DNA from: a virus | Direction: 5' to 3' (one strand) | Virus record (IMG/VR): IMGVR_UViG_3300045988_117355 | DNA: 64,000 nucleotides | Shown here: one piece after another, positions 28,169 to 35,464 of the stretch | Layout: each line of letters starts with the position of its first letter | Numbering within the stretch: position 1 is the first letter of the stretch | The notes under the pieces: generated by a model | Databases searched by the model: none | Told to the model about the DNA's origin: nothing | What the model saw: the letters and a program-made list of their open reading frames with translations, nothing else | Position numbers and translations under genes: made by a program

Positions 28169-28285
28169 GGGGAGGTTGAAATGTTGGAGTAAGAGTATCA
28201 GTTCATTGTGATACTTACAAAATCAAATTAATTTCGAATAAATTTGGGTTTTATCTTAACGCAGGTTCGATTCCTGTCCTCCCCA
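28169..28285 (+). other. atypical tRNA-like unit, same architecture as 27927-28038: GGGGAGG ... motif ... anticodon-like hairpin (TGG), T-arm, 3' acceptor CCTCCCC
   Basis: ATAAA-TTTGGGT-TTTAT then GCAGG-TTCGATT-CCTGT-CCTCCCC-A; 5' strand GGGGAGG followed by TTGAAATG (SD-like plus 3-codon mini-ORF). Confidence 0.3.
28213..28224 (+). promoter_or_regulatory. ACTTACAAAATC motif (inside atypical unit)
   Basis: motif copy. Confidence 0.45.
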
Positions 28286-28314
28286 CTACGTTTCGTAAGA
28301 GCAAATAGTCAGAC

Positions 28315-28326
28315 ACTTACAATACT
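28315..28326 (+). promoter_or_regulatory. ACTTACAATACT motif
   Basis: motif copy. Confidence 0.45.
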
Positions 28327-28327
28327 A

Positions 28328-28400
28328 TAAATTGTAGCTCATTGGGTAGAGCATTTGATTTTTAATCAAAGGGTAGTGGGTTCAAGTCCCATCTTAGTGT
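28328..28400 (+). tRNA. tRNA-Lys(TTT)-like, probable pseudogene (acceptor strands do not pair)
   Basis: D-arm GCTC-ATTGGGTA-GAGC, anticodon arm TTTGA-TTTTTAA-TCAAA and T-arm GTGGGTTCAAGTCCCAT are canonical, but 5' TAAATTG cannot pair with 3' CTTAGTG; an intact tRNA-Lys(TTT) exists at 33155. Confidence 0.35.
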
Positions 28401-28412
28401 CTGTTTTTAAAT

Positions 28413-28484
28413 TGAGACATCGTATAATGGTTAATACATCAGATTTTGATTCTGAGAATCTAGGTTCGAATCCTAGTGCCTCAA
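28413..28484 (+). tRNA. tRNA-Gln (TTG)
   Basis: acceptor TGAGACA/TGCCTCA (one mismatch), D-arm GTAT..ATAC, anticodon arm TCAGA-TTTTGAT-TCTGA, T-arm CTAGGTTCGAATCCTAG. Confidence 0.65.
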
Positions 28485-28574
28485 CATTTATTCTTGTTTA
28501 TTGTTCCATATGTGTTATTGGATGAGTGTATAGGTAGAAATACTTATACACTCTTTTTATTTAAAATTAGTTAT

Positions 28575-30026
28575 ATGTTATTTAAGAAAGAATATAAGAT
28601 AGGAGATGTAGTTACATTTTTCCTTAGAGATGGTAAAGAAGAATTTATTGCCACTTTTAAAGTTGAGCTTGAGTCACTGCCTACAGTATCATTTTATTAT
28701 TTAAAAGGATTTACTGAAAAATATGGTGAAGAGTATGGTAGTCATTATTCCACTTGGAATAAAATTCTTTCCATGTATGAAAGTTGGGCGGTACAGGCAA
28801 GTGAGAGAACTTTAAAAAATCTTGTTAAAGATTGTCAAGATCAAAAGTCATTCAAATGTAATTGTCCTGAGGGAAGTATATCACCAGAATTTGCTAATCT
28901 GGGAGAGTTAAATGTTTTCATTAGGGCTTTTAGATTATTATTAATAGATAAGTACCTTAATCTTTGTTCTACTTCAGAATCTATACAAAAATTAATAAGC
29001 AAAGCTAATGAAAACTATGAAGAATTCTCTTCAACTATTTACAAAGATACCTTATCTTATAGTCAGGCAAAGGAGTATTTATACCGGTATGTTACTTATA
29101 AAAATTCCATTCAAGAACAACCTATTAATATAATAGGTAATGGAACAATTACAGCATCTACTATATCTCCTCAGGAATTTACAATTACTCAAGTTAAGAA
29201 AGAAGAAGAAAAACCTGTTATAAAAGAAAATTTAATTATGAAAGAAGATGTATTATTCTCAAAAGAAGGAAAAGAAGCAACTTTTGCAAATCCGTTAAAC
29301 AATATCTTTGGAAATATGTTCAAAGGTATGAATATGCAAGGAGCTAACATTGAATTTGGATTTATTCAAGATCAATCAATTGCTATCTCACCTAAAGGAA
29401 TCGCATTTTTTGATCCAGAAACTCAAGGATACAAAGCATGGGATGCCAATAATAAAGAGTTAGTAGATATGGGAACTTTTGCTATGCAAGGTATCTTTAT
29501 GAAAGTTCCTGTGAAGAGAGAAAGTCTTAAAGAAGGAGATATTCTTCTCATTCAAGATGAGTACAGAATCTTTGATGGTTTTGCTACTAAGACCATGAAA
29601 TTGATTAACCCTCTTACAGGAGTACAGACTAATAAACAAAAACAAACTAACATTTTGAATTTTAATGTATTCATTAAAGTTGTTTGTGCAATGAATCCCT
29701 TTGCTAAAGGAACTATGAATGAATTCATGAAAATTAGCATGATGAGTTCTATGTTTGGAGGTCAAGGAATGCAGGGAATGTTTGGAGGTAATTGTGGAGG
29801 AGATATGGTATCTCAGATGTTCCAACTACAAATGTTAAGTAGTCTTTTTGGAAATGGTAAAGGATTTGATCTAAATTTCGATATGGATTTTGGATCTGTT
29901 TTTGATTCAGTGTTAGGAACTGAAGCTACTGAAGAATCAGAGTTGAAAAAGAAGCTCAAGGCTCTTGAAAAAGAAAATGCTAAACTCAAAGCAGCAAAAG
30001 AAGAACTTAAAGATAAAGAAGATTAA
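28575..30026 (+). CDS. hypothetical protein with Met/Gly/Gln/Phe-rich low-complexity region and C-terminal coiled coil
   Basis: track ORF 28476-30026 overlaps tRNA-Gln; first downstream in-frame ATG (MLFKKEYKIGD) taken as start. Confidence 0.45.
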   Translation: MLFKKEYKIGDVVTFFLRDGKEEFIATFKVELESLPTVSFYYLKGFTEKYGEEYGSHYSTWNKILSMYESWAVQASERTLKNLVKDCQDQKSFKCNCPEGSISPEFANLGELNVFIRAFRLLLIDKYLNLCSTSESIQKLISKANENYEEFSSTIYKDTLSYSQAKEYLYRYVTYKNSIQEQPINIIGNGTITASTISPQEFTITQVKKEEEKPVIKENLIMKEDVLFSKEGKEATFANPLNNIFGNMFKGMNMQGANIEFGFIQDQSIAISPKGIAFFDPETQGYKAWDANNKELVDMGTFAMQGIFMKVPVKRESLKEGDILLIQDEYRIFDGFATKTMKLINPLTGVQTNKQKQTNILNFNVFIKVVCAMNPFAKGTMNEFMKISMMSSMFGGQGMQGMFGGNCGGDMVSQMFQLQMLSSLFGNGKGFDLNFDMDFGSVFDSVLGTEATEESELKKKLKALEKENAKLKAAKEELKDKED

Positions 30027-30212
30027 GATTTAGATAGGAATAATTTTTATGAAAATTTCTTATAAAATTATTTGGAATTTGAAAATTATTACCTTATCTT
30101 TGTATTCATCTTCGATAAGATAAACTGTTGAAAGGAATATAATAGTTCCAAGTAAATAAAGGATGAGAGTTTCATAAAATATTATCATATTTTACTTTAA
30201 ATCATCCTAAAT

Positions 30213-30287
30213 GGGTTCTTAGCCAAGTAGGTAAAGGCACCTGACTCATAATCAGGAGATACGCTGGTTCGATCCCAGCAGAGCCCA
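30213..30287 (+). tRNA. tRNA-Met-type (CAT)
   Basis: acceptor GGGTTCT/AGAGCCC, anticodon arm CCTGA-CTCATAA-TCAGG, T-arm GCTGGTTCGATCCCAGC. Confidence 0.65.
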
Positions 30288-30297
30288 CATATACTAT

Positions 30298-30370
30298 ATA
30301 GGTGTAGTTCAGTTGGTAGAACGCTGCATTTGGGATGCAGAGGCCGCTAGTTCAAGTCTAGTCACCTATA
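30298..30370 (+). tRNA. tRNA-Pro (TGG), second copy
   Basis: perfect acceptor ATAGGTG/CACCTAT, D-arm GTTC-AGTTGGTA-GAAC, anticodon arm CTGCA-TTTGGGA-TGCAG, T-arm GCTAGTTCAAGTCTAGT. Confidence 0.65.
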
Positions 30371-30490
30371 CCAAGATTGTAATCATTGATACTTTAAATC
30401 CAAGTTGGTGGTAAGGACTTTAACATCACTTTATACTTTGTTGTATAATAAACCCATGTGAGTAGTATTTAAAATGGAGGCTCACAAATT

Positions 30491-30578
30491 GGAAGATTGC
30501 TAGAACGGTAATAGAACAGTCTTGAAAACTGATGTAACGTAATCATTCGTTGAGCAGGTTCGACTCCTGCATCTTCCT
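30491..30578 (+). tRNA. tRNA-Ser (TGA), type II
   Basis: acceptor GGAAGAT/ATCTTCC, 3-bp D-stem, anticodon loop CTTGAAA, ~21-nt variable arm, T-arm GCAGGTTCGACTCCTGC. Confidence 0.6.
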
Positions 30579-30590
30579 CATCAATATAAT

Positions 30591-30662
30591 GCTCCAATAG
30601 TTTAACGGATAAAACAATTCTCTTCTAAAGAATAAATTCTAGTTCGATTCTAGGTTGGAGTA
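30591..30662 (+). tRNA. tRNA-Arg (TCT)
   Basis: acceptor GCTCCAA/TTGGAGT, D-arm GTTT..AAAC, anticodon arm ATTCT-CTTCTAA-AGAAT, T-arm TCTAGTTCGATTCTAGG. Confidence 0.65.
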
Positions 30663-30671
30663 CTAATTTAT

Positions 30672-30744
30672 ATACTCATAGCTCAATCGGTAGAGCACCA
30701 GTCTCCAAAACTGAAGGTTCTAGGTTCAAGTCCTTGTGAGTATG
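30672..30744 (+). tRNA. tRNA-Trp (CCA)
   Basis: perfect acceptor ATACTCA/TGAGTAT, D-arm GCTC-AATCGGTA-GAGC, anticodon loop CTCCAAA, T-arm CTAGGTTCAAGTCCTTG. Confidence 0.65.
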
Positions 30745-30758
30745 CTAATTCAAACAAC

Positions 30759-31151
30759 ATGAATGTAACAAATTTATCTAAAGAAGAAAGATTGAAGCTC
30801 TTTCAAGAGTGGATGGATGCTAATAAGAAAGCTAATGAAGAGGGATACAATCCAGATATAACATCTAAAGATGGATATTATCTTACATTTGGCCATGATT
30901 ATGATATATCTAAAGAAGAATTAGAAGATCCTAACTTCTATTTAATAGAATGGGGAGAAAGTTCTAAACTTCCTTACTGGATGAGACAAATGGCTGATAA
31001 AATAGGTAAAAGATGTACTATAGATTGTTCTGGAGAAACAGGGATATTTCTGGGATTTACAGCTTCTTATGAGGATTTTTATTATAGAATAAAGCTTGAT
31101 ACAGGTGAGAATACATTAGAAACTTGTGTAAGTAATTTATTATTTGAATAG
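30759..31151 (+). CDS. hypothetical protein
   Basis: 130 aa. Confidence 0.45.
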   Translation: MNVTNLSKEERLKLFQEWMDANKKANEEGYNPDITSKDGYYLTFGHDYDISKEELEDPNFYLIEWGESSKLPYWMRQMADKIGKRCTIDCSGETGIFLGFTASYEDFYYRIKLDTGENTLETCVSNLLFE

Positions 31152-31221
31152 GATTATCTTCCAAAGGTTAGGAAACTTGACTGATACTCAAGCAATCATG
31201 GTTCGAATCCATGTAATCCTA
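31150..31221 (+). tRNA. tRNA-Ile (GAT)
   Basis: perfect acceptor AGGATTA/TAATCCT, D-arm TTCC..GGAA, anticodon arm CTTGA-CTGATAC-TCAAG, T-arm CATGGTTCGAATCCATG. Confidence 0.7.
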
Positions 31222-31515
31222 CCCATTAAGTAGTAATACTTGGTGCTGTTCAGAGTTAAGTTGAAAGTACGCCTCTGCAACCGGGAAATGTTGTAAAACT
31301 AATTAGAAAAAACTTATCGTACCATGAGAGGGAGACAGTTGACCTCTCACTTTTGAAACAAAATATGTAAAAATATTCACATAGTTGGTGACTATGTGCG
31401 TACAAGGTAGCACAAGGTTGTACAGAGGAGCTAACCACTCAAACCGTGCTAAAAATGTGATCATCTGTACTGATGAGAGTATGTACAGGACTTTTTAAGT
31501 CAAATCTCTCACTTT

Positions 31516-31587
31516 GGGGTCATAGTATAAAGGCTATTATACTAGATTTGCATTCTAGTGATCTGGGTTCGATTCCCAGTGATTCCA
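31516..31587 (+). tRNA. tRNA-Ala (TGC)
   Basis: acceptor GGGGTCA/TGATTCC (two G-U), anticodon arm CTAGA-TTTGCAT-TCTAG, T-arm CTGGGTTCGATTCCCAG. Confidence 0.65.
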
Positions 31588-31598
31588 CAATTATTTAA

Positions 31599-31684
31599 GT
31601 ACCTTTGGCCGAGTGGACGATGGCACATGACTGTTAATCATGCAGGAGAAATCCTCACCGTAAGTTCGAATCTTACAGGGTACG
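31599..31684 (+). tRNA. anomalous type-II (Ser-like architecture, G73) tRNA carrying anticodon GTT (Asn codons)
   Basis: acceptor GTACCTT/AGGGTAC, TG-GCC-GAGTGGACGAT-GGC D-arm, perfect anticodon arm CATGA-CTGTTAA-TCATG, 17-nt variable arm CAGGAGAAATCCTCACC, T-arm GTAAGTTCGAATCTTAC, discriminator G. Confidence 0.5.
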
Positions 31685-31815
31685 CTCATTCTTAACCTAC
31701 ATCTTAGGATGCTAATATAGTTGTACAAGAATGTCTTTGTAGTGTTAGGTGAATACAAAGACGCTGGCTGCAGCGTGATACTCAATGGTGGAATTAAGAG
31801 CAGCACCACCAATTT

Positions 31816-31886
31816 GCAGGTATAGCACAGTGGTAGTGCAGGAGCCTTCCAAGCTCACTACGTGGGTTCGATTCCCATTACCTGCT
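31816..31886 (+). tRNA. tRNA-Gly (TCC)
   Basis: perfect acceptor GCAGGTA/TACCTGC, D-arm GCAC-AGTGGTA-GTGC, anticodon loop CTTCCAA, T-arm GTGGGTTCGATTCCCAT. Confidence 0.7.
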
Positions 31887-31917
31887 CTATTAACATATTA
31901 AATAAGATAAGATAATT

Positions 31918-32274
31918 ATGATCAATTTAGAAGAAAAAATTAAAAATAATGAAGATTTAATTAGAAAGTATACATTAGATCAATGGATTGCATTATTAAA
32001 ACATATATGTATATCCTGCATAAGAATTCCTTCTAAAAAGGAAATAGAATCTATTATGAATGCAAATTCATTTAAAGTAGAATATGCAGAAGGAAGGATT
32101 ATAAAAATAGAACTTTACACAAATGATCTGTGTTGGGAAGACTTTAAAATGGAGTTAAATATATTAAATATAGTAATTTCTAGACAGAAAGGATATAACA
32201 CATTTGAACAAATTACATTTATTCCTCTTGAAGTGTTTAAAATATTAAATGATGGTATTTTTAAATGTAAATAA
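31918..32274 (+). CDS. hypothetical protein
   Basis: 118 aa. Confidence 0.45.
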   Translation: MINLEEKIKNNEDLIRKYTLDQWIALLKHICISCIRIPSKKEIESIMNANSFKVEYAEGRIIKIELYTNDLCWEDFKMELNILNIVISRQKGYNTFEQITFIPLEVFKILNDGIFKCK

Positions 32275-32280
32275 TTATAT

Positions 32281-32354
32281 TGCGGGATAGACTGGAGAGG
32301 TTCCAGCTCAGTCTCATAAGCTGAATTACGTGAGTTCGATTCTCACTCCCGCAA
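32281..32354 (+). tRNA. tRNA-Met-type (CAT), third copy
   Basis: acceptor TGCGGGA/TCCCGCA (extendable to 8 bp), anticodon arm TCAGT-CTCATAA-GCTGA, T-arm GTGAGTTCGATTCTCAC; two extra nt before the D-stem. Confidence 0.55.
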
Positions 32355-32381
32355 CTATTTATTACTTAAATTAGATAAATT

Positions 32382-32789
32382 ATGATTAATCTACAAGTTA
32401 TTCCTTTTGAAGAATTACTTCAATGGAAAGAGAAAATTCAAGAAGAACTAGATAGAAGAGATCTCTATGCATTCGACATTACTGTAAAAGCATTATTTGA
32501 ACTTCATCCAGAAAAGAAAGTATTAGTGTTAGGAATGTCTTATAAAGCATATGATACCCCTTATGAAACAGGTACTAGTTCTGCAATTTGGGTTGATGAA
32601 GCATTTGGCAAATATGGAGAAGATGATCTAATCAACCTCTGCGAGGATGAGGAGACAGAGAATCTTATTCAAAAGTTAGCAAGATACTTTAACCTTGAAG
32701 AAGACAATGAATTATATCCTGGACAAAGATGTATTTATTATATAGATAGATCTGATCCAGAGAATATTCAGACATATATAGAGGGTTAA
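32382..32789 (+). CDS. hypothetical acidic protein
   Basis: 135 aa. Confidence 0.45.
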   Translation: MINLQVIPFEELLQWKEKIQEELDRRDLYAFDITVKALFELHPEKKVLVLGMSYKAYDTPYETGTSSAIWVDEAFGKYGEDDLINLCEDEETENLIQKLARYFNLEEDNELYPGQRCIYYIDRSDPENIQTYIEG

Positions 32790-32855
32790 TAATCCTCTAA
32801 TGGAACTATAGCTCAGTAGGTAGAGCACTAGATTGAAGATCTAGGTTTGCACTGG
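32782..32855 (+). tRNA. tRNA-Phe (GAA)
   Basis: perfect acceptor GGAACTA/TAGTTCC, D-arm GCTC-AGTAGGTA-GAGC, anticodon arm CTAGA-TTGAAGA-TCTAG, T-arm ACTGGTTCGATCCCAGT. Confidence 0.7.
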
Positions 32856-33154
32856 TTCGATCCCAGTTAGTTCCACGTTTAATATTCTATAAGAGAGACT
32901 ATTATGTAGTATAGTTTTATTATGTTGAATATATGTTTTGAGCAGTTGTATCATTGAAAACTCCTCCCTCTTAGTGCTTTGGTTGGTAAAATAAAGCAGG
33001 CGAAAGTTTTAGCTCCTTCTAGAGAGTTTTTCAGACAGCCATAAGGAATTTGAAAAAGACCGTGTTCTAGACCTTTCATACTAGAAGGTTAAAAGTATGA
33101 TATTTATTGTGCACAATTTTAGGGGAGAGGTACATGTACTATCTCCCTAAATAT

Positions 33155-33226
33155 TACCCTGTAACTCAATGGCAGAGTACTACACTTTTAATGTAGGAGT
33201 TGTGGGTTCAAGTCCCATCAGGGTAA
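33155..33226 (+). tRNA. tRNA-Lys (TTT)
   Basis: perfect acceptor TACCCTG/CAGGGTA, D-arm ACTC-AATGGCA-GAGT, anticodon arm CTACA-CTTTTAA-TGTAG, T-arm GTGGGTTCAAGTCCCAT. Confidence 0.7.
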
Positions 33227-33236
33227 CTAATTTTAT

Positions 33237-33310
33237 AGAGGATTAACTCAGCGGTTGAGAGTGTCACTTTTACACAGTGAAAGTCATAGGTTCGAATCCT
33301 ATATCCTCTA
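33237..33310 (+). tRNA. tRNA-Val (TAC)
   Basis: perfect acceptor AGAGGAT/ATCCTCT, anticodon arm TCACT-TTTACAC-AGTGA, T-arm ATAGGTTCGAATCCTAT. Confidence 0.7.
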
Positions 33311-33312
33311 CT

Positions 33313-33386
33313 GTGTTATTAGCTTAGTTGGTTAAAGCGCTGGGTTGTGGTTCCAGAGATCATGGGTTCAAGTCCCATATAACACC
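33313..33386 (+). tRNA. tRNA-His (GTG)
   Basis: perfect acceptor GTGTTAT/ATAACAC, discriminator C, anticodon loop TTGTGGT, T-arm ATGGGTTCAAGTCCCAT; no encoded G-1. Confidence 0.7.
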
Positions 33387-33403
33387 TAATGTTTAATTTT
33401 ATG

Positions 33404-33491
33404 GAAGGTTACTCAAATTGGTTAAGAGGACACATTGCTAACGTGTTAGAGCAGTAAAATGCTGTGAGAGTTCGAACCTCTCACCTTCCTC
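33404..33491 (+). tRNA. tRNA-Ser (GCT), type II
   Basis: perfect acceptor GGAAGGT/ACCTTCC, 3-bp D-stem CTC/GAG, anticodon loop TTGCTAA, 19-nt variable arm, T-arm GAGAGTTCGAACCTCTC. Confidence 0.65.
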
Positions 33492-33654
33492 AAATAATAA
33501 ATAATGCAATGGAAAAGAGATTTAAAGTAATAACTAAAATGAATCAGATTCATTTAGTTACAATAGAAACAGAAGAGAAGTATAAATTAGGGTTATACTT
33601 ATCCTATTTAACAGAATTATTTGGTGAATCAGAAATAATTTCTCTATAATAAAT

Positions 33655-33960
33655 ATGGAAAGTAATATTGAGATAAATGACGGAGATATTATCCAATTTA
33701 AGAATGAAAATAATTCAAGATATTGGGTTGCAATACATCATTCTAAATGTAATATGGATAATAGAGAGAAATTTAGAAGAAATATCGCTGATCATACTGG
33801 ATATTATTTATTTAGTGGAATTTGGTATGAGGGAGATATTTTAACTGATAAACCTTATGGAAAATGTATAGAACAGCTCAGAAGAGGTATGTTTCCTAAT
33901 ATAGAAATAGTAGGAAATATTATTAAAGATTTTGAGAGGTTTAAAGAAATGTTAGTGTAG
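33655..33960 (+). CDS. hypothetical protein
   Basis: 101 aa. Confidence 0.4.
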   Translation: MESNIEINDGDIIQFKNENNSRYWVAIHHSKCNMDNREKFRRNIADHTGYYLFSGIWYEGDILTDKPYGKCIEQLRRGMFPNIEIVGNIIKDFERFKEMLV

Positions 33961-33971
33961 TATTTATATAA

Positions 33972-34043
33972 GTCGGGTTCATCTAGGGGTCAGGATTACA
34001 GATTTTCGATCTGTTCACAGGGGTTCAAATCCCCTACCCGATA
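33972..34043 (+). tRNA. tRNA-Glu (TTC)
   Basis: acceptor GTCGGGT/ACCCGAT, Glu-type D-arm TC-ATC-TAGGGGTCAGG-AT, anticodon arm ACAGA-TTTTCGA-TCTGT, T-arm AGGGGTTCAAATCCCCT. Confidence 0.7.
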
Positions 34044-34153
34044 CAAAATTTAGTTAAACAATAATGGCAGCTTAATAGTATAGGTGATGCTTTTTTATCT
34101 AATTAGAAATAATTTAATTAAGAAGCACTCAACCTATATTATTAAGATTTTAA

Positions 34154-34227
34154 GCACCTGTAGCCCAATTGGCAGAGGCAATAGATTTAGGCTCTATCCA
34201 GTGTGAGTTCGAATCTCACTAGGTGTA
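34154..34227 (+). tRNA. anomalous type-I (short variable arm) tRNA with anticodon TAG (Leu codon CUA), discriminator A
   Basis: acceptor GCACCTG/TAGGTGT (two G-U), D-arm GCC-CAATTGGCAGA-GGC, perfect anticodon arm ATAGA-TTTAGGC-TCTAT, 5-nt variable, T-arm GTGAGTTCGAATCTCAC. Confidence 0.5.
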
Positions 34228-34271
34228 CGAAAATCAAGAAAGAACAGGTTTTCGATTTTTTGGTGCAGTTT

Positions 34272-34330
34272 GGGGTATTTGAAGATTGATTTCATCTTTA
34301 AATACCCCATTTTTATTTTTATACTTAACT
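34272..34330 (+). terminator. rho-independent terminator closing the tRNA island
   Basis: GGGGTATTT ... AAATACCCC hairpin followed by ATTTTTATTTTT. Confidence 0.6.
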
Positions 34331-34513
34331 TCAAAATATGAGCCTATTTTATACCCAAAATGATGTAATTTTTAGAATCTCATTCTGGAACTGTATATTG
34401 AAAATAATAAAAATTTCATAAGGTGTATATATAATGAAATTATGAGTAATTTAGTTAAATATTTTTAAATTTATTTGATGTTGAATTTTATAAATAATAG
34501 ATAGAATATAGTT

Positions 34514-34969
34514 ATGAATGATTACGCATGTAAAAATCCCTATTGCGAGGATGGCAGAATATCTACATTCCATAATTGTGCTGAATTTAAAGAAAAGTTC
34601 AGGGAATTTTTGAGAGTATTTAGTAGGTTTAGTTCTGATGTCCTTGGTTACAAAGAGGATAAAGAAGAGAGAATTTGGTCTGGAAACAGGTTTGACAGAA
34701 GAGAAGATTGTGAACGTTTTGAAGAAGAACTTCTTTTGTATTTAAGATTAAGAGCATATCTTAGTTTTAGGAATTGGTTGGTGACTAAGAAAGATTATGT
34801 ATCAAATATAAGAGTAGTATACTCTTACAATGAAAACAAATGGGTAGTAAGCAGTGAAAAGAATAAGGGAATCTTAGCTTTGTATATAGATACACTTGAA
34901 CATGCTGAGAAGGTTGCTAATATGCTTAACTATAGTAAAGTAGAGTTTGATAATTTATTTTCCGAATGA
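34514..34969 (+). CDS. hypothetical protein
   Basis: 151 aa. Confidence 0.45.
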   Translation: MNDYACKNPYCEDGRISTFHNCAEFKEKFREFLRVFSRFSSDVLGYKEDKEERIWSGNRFDRREDCERFEEELLLYLRLRAYLSFRNWLVTKKDYVSNIRVVYSYNENKWVVSSEKNKGILALYIDTLEHAEKVANMLNYSKVEFDNLFSE

Positions 34970-34972
34970 TTT

Positions 34973-35464
34973 ATGAAAAGATTTATTTTAATTATTAGTA
35001 TCATATTTATATCACTATCAGGTTTTTCTCAGGAAGTAGTATCTAAGGATTCTACAAATATATTATCAGAGAAAATATATAATGATGTAAAACAGGCTAT
35101 AGTAGGTGTCTCTCAAGCCCTTAAAGTAGGAGCTGAGAATGTTTATGAAATTGTTAAAGCTCAACAGGCTGTTAATAGTATTATCAATCTTTGTGTGATT
35201 GTATGTGGTGTTCTTCTAACTTTACTTATATTTCGTTATCTTAAATCTACTATAAAAGTAGTAACAAAGAAGGATGAGAAGGGAAAAGCCATTGATTGGT
35301 ATTATAATAAAGACTCAGAAACATGGGTATTTGCACATGTATTAGGAGGAGTGATGTTGGCAGTACTAGTAGTATTTACTATGGTCACTATTAAAAATAC
35401 TATAACAGGATTTTTAAATCCAGACTTTGGAGTTATTAATTATTTATTAGAATTTATAAAATGA
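34973..35464 (+). CDS. membrane protein (signal/TM at N-terminus, 2 internal TM)
   Basis: 163 aa; first gene of membrane trio ending in SPFH protein. Confidence 0.4.
   Translation: MKRFILIISIIFISLSGFSQEVVSKDSTNILSEKIYNDVKQAIVGVSQALKVGAENVYEIVKAQQAVNSIINLCVIVCGVLLTLLIFRYLKSTIKVVTKKDEKGKAIDWYYNKDSETWVFAHVLGGVMLAVLVVFTMVTIKNTITGFLNPDFGVINYLLEFIK

Noticed and set aside
31440-31500. CTGATGAG string resembling the hammerhead ribozyme core
   Set aside because: No adjacent GAAA or three-stem architecture. It forms a simple 6-bp hairpin (CTGTAC...GTACAG) instead.
31256-31812. Minus-strand track ORFs 31256-31438 and 31591-31812
   Set aside because: They sit antisense inside the tRNA island spacers and tRNA genes (Cys/Pro/Ser-rich junk translations). 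This is not credible coding.
33464-33649. Track ORF starting inside tRNA-Ser(GCT)
   Set aside because: The 5' end overlaps the tRNA. An internal Met at 33509 would give only 46 aa. Too weak to report as a feature.
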